The notes beneath the pieces were generated by a model. It was not told the DNA's origin. It did not search any database and saw only the letters and a list, made by a program, of their open reading frames with translations. 64,000 bases of DNA from Tubiluchus corallicola (lineage: Eukaryota; Animalia; Priapulida): assembly GCA_030141605.1 (NCBI GenBank), contig JAQGDQ010000035.1, forward strand, positions 496,001 to 560,000. The letters run 5' to 3'. Made by a program: the position numbers and the translations under genes. The first letter of the stretch is position 1, and every line of letters starts with the position of its first letter. This document shows positions 32,697 through 44,600 of the stretch, in pieces.

Positions 32697-35600
32697 TTAG
32701 TGGTACCAAGGGCGTTTGCGAGTCCAGCGCAATCGGTATCCACTGTCCGTTCGGATTTTAATGGAAGCAGCTTCGGCAACTCGAACCGTCTCTTTGACAG
32801 ACTGCATGAGGTTCTGTGCATTTCCAACCAACATCTCAGTTGCCTCCTGATCTTCTTCTGAACCTAAATAGCAGAAAAGCTAGTAATTAGTAATCATAAG
32901 TGAAGGAAGCAAGTGTCGATATTCCGAACGCTAGCAACATTATCTTGTATTTTATGTATACAGTAATACTACCTAATTCAGCAAGAATTACACAAAACTA
33001 TAGGAATACAACGAAGTGCTTCCAACACTGGAGTTTAATACAATTCAGAAATAATGTATGTAAACTGATGAGGCAGTTAGGCACCATAATTTAAAATTAA
33101 CATTGCAGCAATAAACAAAACTTTTCTAATCAAATATGTGAAACATATTTCTAAAATGCAAGTGACATGATAGCAATAATGTTATTTAAATAATCGCAAA
33201 TTACAGATGGCAGACAGTCAGTATTGCTTTACTTACTTGTCACTGTAATAATCCAAGATGCAGAAAGAAAACAATACATTTTAAATAATAATAAGAACAA
33301 TTAATAAAACTCCTGTCATGAAAAACCCAAGAGATGTCCAATCTGTTTTGTTGGGACATAATTATCTAAATCTAGCATTATTAGGCAAATGCACAGAAAA
33401 TACTAAAAATACATATATTCTTGTCTCTTTAAGTCACTGTGCAAAAAACAAAGCAAAATCTTCTAAGCATGCATTAGGATTCAGGGAGACGTTTTAAATG
33501 TGATTAGCCATAATGAAAAAAAGCCTTGCAGTTTATATTAAATAACACTTATCCTTACGCTAAATATCTTGCAGAAAGAGGTGATAGTGAAAGAGACTTT
33601 AAAATCAAAAAGCAGAGCAGAGATAAGTGCACATTCTGGATATTACTGTCTTTATGAAATCAGGCATAACTAACTTTTTGCATCAGTAGTAACTGCACAG
33701 AATAAGTTTTGCCTTTTCACAGTCTAGAAATTTTAGTAACTATCCCAGACATTTATGAACAAATATCAAAGACTTAATCATTGCTTGCAAGGAATTGCTT
33801 GGTGTCACCTTACAGTTACTTATATATTAGGTTATTACAAGTACAAATGTACAATTTTACCATGCTGTTATAAAAGTGCTTATATAAAGGACTACTAAAA
33901 TGTACCCTGCATTCAAACAAGCTTTGGAGCATAACTATATGTATAACTTAGTCTTGAAAAAAACTGAACGCAGAGTGCAAATTATGCAATTCTTGCAAAA
34001 AAAGTTGGCACACATTTTACTACTGGCTTGTTAATAAGATATACTGTCTGGTTTGCAGTAATATATTGTTCGGATCATCTTCAGCAAGCAGCCAAGCACA
34101 CTCATTTGAAAAGTGTTTAAGTTATTTAGGTTTTGTTAGTGAAACAAAGTTTAGCAGTGTAGACACCACACGGATTAGAATTCAAACAATGTTCAAAGAA
34201 AGTACATGCTAATATCATTTACCATCAGAAACCATCTCACTTCCATCTGGACTTGGCATCAATTCTGTAGTAAGTTAACATAAAAACTTATAATGTGTTT
34301 CACTTACTACAGACGCTAAGAGTAACCATGTATAGGCAAAATGACAAAGTTTGTAAACTGCAACTGCTCTTATCTGAGAAAAATGCTGAAAGATTATTTT
34401 GAATTGCATGGCAACTTTTATAGCTCTTTAAGTATAGGCCTGTTTTGGGTTATTTATAAATTTCCCTGTACAAGCAAGCAGGACTTGCTGCTGGTAAACA
34501 CTGGGCAAAAAAATCAATTTCAAAAAGAAAAACTGTTTAAAATTTGAAACTATTGCGCAAAAGAAAATTTGTTATAGCATTCGATAATTCCTAGACATCA
34601 AGCTCACGTTTGTTTACATTTGAAAAAATTAAAGTTAGGATTGCATTTTATTATTACATAAAAAATACAGATAAAATATACGTTTGCCTGAAGTTGAGTC
34701 AAAACATTTTTAAAATTGTAAAAAAAATCAAGTGCAATATTTTAAAGGTGAGTAAATATTAATCATTTAGGTTACTGTGCTATCATTGCTAATAAGCAGC
34801 AGGTGAGAAACTATAACTACTGTATGCTTAGTTTTCACCTGAAACCACAAGCTAGCTAGACCTGAGAGGAGACTAAAACAAAAAAGAATACAGTACAACC
34901 TAAAGCCGTGTTCTAACTCTTATTGTGCTAGTTGTATATTGAACTACGAAAACTGAATTTATTGAACAATACGAATTTACAATGCTTTAGCTGACTGTGT
35001 TACCAATTTATACATTGTTGAATAACTCAAGGAATTTTCCGAAATTACAACTTAACAGAAAAGTGTCCGATAGGAAAAGTTTACTTGTTTTTTGTCTACG
35101 GAGCAAAATTGCATACAGCCACCCATACACAAAATACTCCCCAATACAATATATTTACCTTGTGCTCCTAACATAGTAGCTTTGACAGTGGACAATATCT
35201 TCAGCTGTGTACCAATAGTTGGGATTCTTTCGCATACTTGCAATAATGCCTGGAAAAAAAGTTGAAAAATCAAGAGATAAATTTGCAAATTTATGATGTG
35301 AACAAAAATGGAATGTATGAAAGTAGAGCAGAAGAAACTTATGAAAAATATAAATTTTATTTTGCCACATACAGTTCTCATTCGCTTATCAGTACACTGT
35401 CGAGCCAGTTCCTTCGCAAGTCTTGTTACTTCTTCTGATGCGTCTGCAATAGCTTTTGCACAAGCAATCAGATCTTTTTTTGTCCCTCCTTCTCCACTGT
35501 AATAGATATATACAATAAATATCGAATAATAAAATGCTTGTTGCTATAAAACAGTTAAAATGCTCCAAGAAAAGTATGATTCATTAGTTAGTGCAATTAC

Positions 35601-38600
35601 ATTAGTTTACTGATTATTCTATTTTTCTTATGCCTCAAGTTGTAATAACTTCTTTATACCGCATTGTAACAAAGTAAAATAGTTGGATAAGCACTGATCA
35701 GATGCAATTTTAATGTATGTGACTGCCAAGCTTACTGTCAGCAGTACTACTAAAATTATTTTAAAAAAGTCACCAAATAAGCCACTTGCTCATGCTGAGT
35801 AAATCAAAGGTGCAAAAATTCAAAGTTACAAGACTTTTACACATAAGCAACATTTCTTTAATCATACCGCACAAGTTGACTCAGTCTTGCCATTAAGATA
35901 GCCATTCTTTTTGCTGCAGCAATAATTTCATTGTCTCTACTTGACCATTGTCTTGCTTCTTGATGTAGGGAATGTGCTGCCATCTTGTATGCAAAAATAA
36001 TAAATTGTTGTTAGCTATGAAGTAACAACAGTTACCGGGCAAACATATAACTACTAAAGAGACATTACTGTTTGCCCCATACTGCAAAAATGAGTCATTA
36101 GAAGTTAACAATCGTAAATGCATTCACCAAAGCTATGAATTATTCACATGAGTAACCAGAAAGTGTCGTTAAATAGGCTCGAAACCCTTGCCACTATTCA
36201 ATTGACTTAATTAGCCTTGCAAGTTTTACTACTACATATTCATAATCTTTAGAAGTCATTTTCATTTTAATGACATAGTATTTTTTAATTGAACAATACA
36301 ATTTTAAGCAAGTGCTAATTGTAAACGAGAGAATAAGAACTTCAATGACGTTGTGTGAAAACTATTTTTTTACTTCATTGATTTACTGAAGGAGAATAAA
36401 CTGTATTCAGTCTTCGATGAATTTGTTGAAATACTTTTATTTGTAAAAAAAAAAAGTAAATTTATAAAATCATGGCTTGTAAGGCTACACAAAGTTGTCT
36501 CATTTGTAATGTAAAACTGACATTTCAGTCTCAATAGAAACATAACCAGTAATGTCTGTTTTTTCGATAATGGAATTAACAGTACATATGAGTACCATGT
36601 TAGTTAACCAGACCACAAAGTGCATGCTGAGTAGGTTATATAAGTAAGACGAAATAATAAGAATACCTATACAGGTGTTAATAAGTTGCAGTTCAATTGC
36701 AGCTGAAAAATAATTTGAATGTACAAATTGATTTTCAAATTTCTGAATCGATCCAGAAATTTTTCCACAACCTACATAAACTTGAACTCTCTAGTTTTCA
36801 AATCAGCAACACCAATATTTCCCTACTCCTACTGCCTTGTCTCTACTCACCATAATTGGCTGATTCGCTTGCGGTGCTGGAAAATGTGACATCTCATCTT
36901 CGTCATCAGTTTCTGGTGGAGGGGGTCTGGGTGGTGGCATACCTCCAGGAGGTGGTGGACGTGGTGGAGCAGCTTCCTCTGAAAATGACAATGAATAACA
37001 GTAATATAATAGGTGTAAAAAAAATTCAAGAAATACTATGCTGCAATAAACTACTAGTCATAAGAAAAAATAATTAAGGGGAAAAGACAAAAAACATGGC
37101 AGTTCTTGAGAAGAAAAGACGTACCAAAGTTGGGAATTTTTTATAATTATTGTGGCACTGCAAAAAATTGGCACAATCTTGCTATAAATTGCAAAACCAT
37201 TCAACAAAAAAGCCACAATATTACAAACAGCAGAAAGAGAATATGATAAAATGTAGACTAACACAAATGCCTACAACATTGGTTTGGAAGCTTACTGAAA
37301 CATTAAATGTTACTAATATTGAATCTAATATTAGGCATGATTCACCCACTGCAATGATGTTGAATAGCAAACAAGACTCACTAGCAGAGATTTTTAGCAA
37401 GCATTCTTGATTTTTTAAAAACTTCGGCACCCTGCAAGCTGGAATTTGGCACAGAATAGTACGCCAAATTATTGTGTTGAAAACTGTGGCAAGATAGGAA
37501 CCTAGCAAATTATGAAGCATAGTTCTCTAAGATGACAAAGAGAACCAGCAGAAGAGTCACAGTCATGTTTGCATGCAAATACATCTTCTGTCAAAATGAG
37601 ATAATTGACGGACGTGCTGCAGCAGATAAAACTGTCTAAAAGTGATTTTCCTGGAAAACGCCTATCCATTTACTAATCAGGTCCAGTCAAGCATACACCG
37701 CAAATGCTTCAGCTATTCTCCTAGTGCTGCCCAGCTATATCACAGCAAGTGTTAGTAACACAATTCACAAGAAAAATCGACTGCAAAGACAGGCAAAGAT
37801 GAAATAAGCTTATTAAGGGCAAAATGGCAGCATGCTGGGAAATCTCAATTGCTCAGTTGCATCTGCAAAAGTCCTCAAGTAATCTGGTAGGGGAAAGATA
37901 GAAATGCATACAATTTGGCAAAAGTGCAGATGCATTACATGCCACTTAAGTTCTAATACACACTAATTCATCCTAACCTATAGAGATGGTTTCAACAAAT
38001 TCACAGACAGGACAGACAAGGAGATGCGCCTGTTGAAAAGAAGCGGTGTCCTATATTTTAATCCAATCTTGAAACACAGTCAATGAGAGCTTTATTCCAT
38101 ATGCAATCATTGTAGATTGTACATGCCAGGTCACTGCACTTGTCATGCCAGTATCACAAATCATTGCTCATGCTATCTCACCGTAACTATAACCCTGGTA
38201 GGGTGGATAATTCTGGGAGTGCAGACCGTGACCTTTAGCATAGTGTTGATACTGTTCATGAGCTACAGGCTGTTCCTCAAAACCCTGGCGATAAAGTCGA
38301 CTACCAGGGGAAGCATGTTGGCCTATTGGCAGTAAAACAACACAAACTGCATAAAAACATTCAGCAAGATGATCGGCAACTAAATATTTAGAGCAACAAT
38401 TTAAAGCAATCTTGAATTGCAGAATTAAAATCTACTAATTTCAAACTATAACGAGTTTGCAGACTATAAATTACTTGGCATTGTTAACAGTTAGGCTACT
38501 TTACCTTGGGCATGAGAGGCCAATACAGGTGCTTCTGCAAATTAAAAGAACTAAAGAGTTATTATAGCATCAGCAATTACTTTGTCTAAAAGTTATGATA

Positions 38601-41600
38601 AACAAATTTTCAAAAACTACAGGTAACTCAAAAAGACCGAGTTAGAAAAATTAAACAGTGTAGTTAAACTACCGTTATCAGTAGGCTAAACTCAGACATT
38701 TTTGCTTTAAAAGTTAGAGCATCTAATGATCGGATTATTAATGTTTTCACTAATAGATAATTAATTATTACTACTAAACAGCAATGAAGTAAATTGCACT
38801 GAATTACTAAAAGCAAATGTTTTTTCAACAGTACAACAATAGTAGCAACATAATTAATCAGTAGCAACATTTAATCAGCAACATAAACTATACAACACAG
38901 CAACAAAAACTAGCAAGCAAATAAAATATGCTAAAAAACAATATACAGCACTCACACAAGACAGGATCATGTGCATTGTTTTAAACAACAAAAATTAGCA
39001 AGCAAATAAACTATAATACCAAACAACAATATACAGTACTTGCACAAAACAGGATTGTTTTGAACAATACTCAGTGAATGGAAGTCATCAATAAACAGAT
39101 GCCACATATACGAGAAGCATAGTTTTATTACCAAGAATTATTACTTTACAGAAAACATTTTTTATAAAATGCATCGTTTCATAAAAGATTCACTTCTCTG
39201 AAAACTGATAAATAGATAGCTCCAAAGAAAATCTTGTAATTTAGCGGTCAACTAGACCTACTCTACCCACAAAGTGGTTTTTTAGCTGAAATACTGCCAT
39301 TGCTGTTACATTAAATGGCTGCTTCCTGTCCAGCCATAAAGTGTGCACAATCGTTACCACTATATAATGCAAAACACTGGCAAACTGATTTAGCAGGTTC
39401 CAAACAGCTTAAGTTATACAGGTTTACAAGAGGTTTCACTTGTAAAGTTAGTGCTTTTTAATACATATGAAATTCTACATATACTCCATAGGCCTGCAGG
39501 TAACATCAGAACTATAAACATTCTGGAAAATGCATGCCAACATCTATCCCTCCATTAAGTTTTTAGGACAGGCTGTAATTATAGGATTTGTCAGCTAGAA
39601 TCATATAATACAATTGCATAAATCACTTACTTTTGAGACGTTACATGGCTATGTACCTAAATGCGGATCATGCTTCCTGCAACTTGATTAAATCAGAACC
39701 TATTTTTTATGATTTCTGATTTAATTATTGAATTCATAAAACTATGATGATTTTACAGGTTGAAAAGACTAGTAAAATCAATAATTATTAATACCAAGGA
39801 GGTTTAACTACGGAGTTATTAATTAGCTGTTGGTGAACCCAAGGAGAAAACAGATTTAAGATTTTATAATACAATATTAAACGAAAGTATAAAAACTCTT
39901 GGCACACCAAAATTACGTAAGTTTAAAGCAATAGATAATTACTATATATATAACGATGTATATAAGAAAATAATAAAAAACTATCTAATTATAAAAATGT
40001 TATATCACACTTGAGACCAATTGATGAAATCGTATTTGAAATGGAGGTGGAAAACCATTTCAACAAAACAAGATTTTTGATTTTGATTTTGAAGAGTTTA
40101 GGTTTTGATTTTTTGATGACGTTTTGATTTTTTTTATGAAGAGTTTAGTGTAAAATGCATCTAGATTGTAAATGCATGCATACTTCAGAAACCTTTACTC
40201 AAAAAAGTGACAAAAAACTGTACCAATGCTTCAGATCTGATGGTGGAGAAATAAAATGTTTTTCATGGCAGAAGTTTTAAACTAACATAAATGCAATGTT
40301 TTAAACTCACATAACACCCTAAATGTGAGTATAAATACCCAAATGCAGTTCAACAACCAAAAAATGGATAATCGCATAAACATAGCACATAATGGGATAT
40401 CAACACTTGACAGAACACACATGAAAAATTCTGATAACATTAATGTAAAATCTGGCAATCTGGCATGACAAAAAACTTTAATAATAATGCTAACAATAAT
40501 AACTTTGCAGTCAAATTGGCAATGCGATTTTAAATAACCAAAATGCTTTAATGAAGCAAACAGGATCTCGCATATGGCTTAACATAAAAGCAAGCACAGG
40601 TTCAACTTGCAAACACAACCTCTATAAAACGTGTACCTGTACTAAGTTTAGAAGAAACTGAATGCCAAATCTCAGGCTGTGTGGCAGACAAAAAAAATAA
40701 ATAATTTGTGTCTTGTGTAGATTGAGGACGATGATTGAGCTGATGCAATGAATGTGAAAAAGGCGCGTGTTTAGTGAATCCAGAATGAGAGTAAACATTT
40801 TCTTTAGGTCGCGTAGTTTGCGAGAGCTGTAGGACAGTTTCTCCTTCCGCTGTCAAAAACTTGTTATCAAAAGCTTTTGTAGCACAATCATTTTCTTCAA
40901 GGTCGGCATCAACTCCATGACTAGAAGTTAAAAACCTTTTTTTCAGACGCAACATGTCCGTCTGGTTTGTGAACAAAAAGTTTTCACGCTGTAGAGTTTC
41001 ATTGTTCGCATCATCCTGCATGCTCACGTTTTCATTCCTAGTGTCTAATGAATCCTCGGTTGGTATAACTACTGCTCCTAACGTATGGATATTAGCAGGT
41101 TTAATCCAGACTGCTTGTTTATTAGATGAAGCACAATCATTCCCATTTGCTTCTTTCACATATCTGGCACCATTTGTAAAAGGTGAACTGCCTGATATCG
41201 TGTTACCAAATAATTTTTTTCTTTTTACTAGTGGTACTGTGGCAATAGCACCAATGCCGTAATCTTCAACAGAATAATTTGTGGATTTATCATTTGGTTG
41301 TATTGTAACATCAGTCGAAACATCTCCGTCTTTTTTGTCTTCATGTGTTCTCATTAAAACGTCAGCATAATAGTCTTCATAACTTTTTGTTTTTTGACTT
41401 TTCCCACTTAAGGCTGTGTTAACACTGTCGGTGCCAACATCTGATAACTTATCTGTGCACTGCTCAATTGGTTTTCTGGTATTGCTTTTTTCCTGATCTT
41501 GTGATAAGCTAGAGCCAAAGACATTAACACTGTTCAATTCCTGACTAGCAATATCTCTTGAATTCAGCATTTTTGGTAGCGGTACTATTGCATTAATTTC

Positions 41601-44600
41601 ATCTTCTTGAGAAAAACATTTAGTAGGTTTTAGTGGAGACTTGAAAGTGAAATGGGCACCATCGATGTCACTCAGGTTGTCTCTGTCACGTGGCAAGTAA
41701 AAATCAGTATAAAAATTCTCAATGGAATATGATTTAGCCAACACTCTTGCCTCATTTTTCTCTGCTATATGAGTTTGAAGCTTGGAATCATTACTGCTGT
41801 AATTGTTATTTAATATTTCATCTTGAAAATGTTTATCTAAAGACACTGGTTGAACAATGCTACTACTACCACCGCCTTCAGCATTTCTGCTACTTGGCAA
41901 ATGCGCAGACTTTAACAAAAAATCAGTATAGACATTTGTTCCGCTCTTCTTGCCTTGCTCTGTTAACAACGAAGATTCAATATTTCCATAAAAGTCTTCA
42001 AAAGAGTTTGACTTTGCTTCTGTACAGATTTCACGTCTTTCTCTCAGTTTTAGTCCATATCTTAAGCAACTATCGAACTGGTTATTTCCAAACTGTTCTG
42101 TTTTTGTTAGTTCACCAGGACACGATGAGTGTCCGGGTAACGTACTGGGTGATTCATCCTCTGAGTCTGCAGGTGGAGGACTTGGCGGCCAAACAATCCC
42201 TCGTGCAACTCTCTTTTTTTCTTCACATTTTGTAAGATCCATTTTTAGTCCAACTCCCACTGTAGATTTTCTTGAAAGGGTAGGAGAAGTTTTGAATCTA
42301 TTGTAGTTGACATCTTTTTTAATGTTATTTACATTCACCATGTTCTCAGCTGAAGTTTCACAAAGATCAGTTTGCAAATGTGAAAAACTAGTAATCTTAT
42401 CAGCTGGAGCAAAGTTCTGGGTGGAAATGTGACAAACTGAGTCATGCACATAATTTGATGACTGATGTTGATGAAAGGCTAGAAAAAAGTAATAGTAATA
42501 AGACATCACATTTAACAAAGTTTCCTAAGAATAAAACAATTTAAAAAAAATAACAAACAAAATAGTTTTCTACCACAAATGACTGCAGAACTTTAACAAA
42601 CTAGCACGACCACCAAAAACTGTCCACGTTTGGTACAGAGCATAAAGCTCTGGTTCAAGTTAAGCATAAATACCATACAAAAGTGAACTTAAATTACAGA
42701 AATAATTAAAAAAATAAACTGTTACTAAAGACTCTTGTATAACAAACATTAAAGTGCTGGTATATGCCAACCATAGGCAAACTCTGGTTGGCTAAAAATT
42801 TGCAATAGAAATAATAGAACTATAGAACCCATAGAACTGAACTGAAAATACAAAGCAAAGTTTTTCACTTGCTCGTGGCATACAAGTTATATAATTCACA
42901 AAAACTGTAAATAAAAATAATCAGAGACATTATTTAGACATGCAAGCATCAGAGTTAGACACTAAAATACATCCAAATTGATCAAAATGCAAGAAAATAA
43001 AACAAGACTTCTACTATAACACATCAATAAGAAAAAACAAAAACATCTTTTAACTGAACACAAAAGCTATAGCAAATTTTCAGTTCAACATGTTACAAGA
43101 TGTTAAATTAGGCACATTTCACTCACGGAAGAAACAAGCTCTTGATGCAAAAACTCTGAGTAAGTAAGTGGCTAAAAACAGTAAGCTAATCCACGCTAAA
43201 TAATACATATAAGCTTAAACAAAAAGAAACTAATAAAGAAAAACCCAAATTGGCAAAAGATACATAAGTAAAAACATCAAGTGCTTATCATAATTCATTG
43301 AGTTGCTTGCATAAGGTGTCTCACATCTTAAACCATGGAATCAAAATGACAAGTGAATAAGATCTCAAAAAACATAAAATTATTTGTTTTTTTTATATAT
43401 ATATTTCATATATATATATATATTCTTTATAAATATTAAATTATGAATCAATATCAAAATTGCTTAGCTGTAAAGTTTCTCAAGAAATTCTATGTCAGAC
43501 ATTAAATAATCACATAATCAATTCAATTCAACTCTGCTAATAGGAAACTGCCAAAACACTTTTCACGGCCTACTTTCTTCAAAGCAGACCTTTCTAACTC
43601 CTTTAGAATCGCACAATTCAAAATAGGTCTTATAAGACCTATGGCTTTTCTGCTGCTATATGAGCACAGACATAACTAAATGATTACAAATTAGTTACTG
43701 TTCTATTCAGAAGAATCTCGGCTATCCAATCATCTATTTGTTTAAACATTTATAAGTGATTTAATCGGAAAAAAGTAAGAAAAACATGCCCTCCAACTTA
43801 GCTTATTGAGTAGCTTAGTCTGGTGTACACACTAAGTTTAACTTTATTAAAACTCTTGTAACCCAAAGGTTAAATTACATTACATTAATTAAGATGCACT
43901 GACGTTTACACTATTTTATTGATTTCCTGTTTGCTACAGCTCAAGCTGTGCAAAGTTCTGCTGCAGGCAAAACCAACCGATCAGCCAAGAACAAGTTAAG
44001 GTCGTTTAACGGGAATTTATCTTTAAAAATAGAGTAGAGGCTAAAGTGTGCCAGAGTGCTGTCAGAATAGTTGAAATTTTCTTAATTAGCTGATTTCACA
44101 CAAGTGATACTGGGGACACAGTTACAGTGCAAGTACTTCAGTTGCTAAAAGCTTTTTTCAATTTTTTTCGTCAAAAATCGATTTTTAAGTTATCTATGGT
44201 AAGCAAGTGCATTTAATATATAAATTTGCATGAAAAATCCATTGTGTTGTGAATAGTGGAAAGCTACAAAAATTATGAAATATAATGAAATCACTGCTTA
44301 CTGAGCAGTTTTTCATGAACCCACGCAAAATGCAGCAAATGTTAACGGTCCTGCTGGAGCTACAAAGGAACTGTGCAAAAATAATTATAGTTAACAAACT
44401 AAAAAGGTAACCCTCAAACAAAGATACAAGCTATTATTGAAAAAAATAGGCAAACAACAACGACAAAAAGAGCGACCTTACTTTACATATCTTACTCTAC
44501 ATGTTGAAAAAAACAGCACTGAATTCACAACACAGCAATGAGTTTTCATCTCACAGTTCATGACACATTCACACAATTCATACATTGAACAGCTAACCTT

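Noticed and set aside
40954-42235. Plus-strand ORFs (102 aa and 162 aa) overlapping the giant exon
   Set aside because: They are antisense shadows of the long minus-strand frame, with no recognisable motifs.
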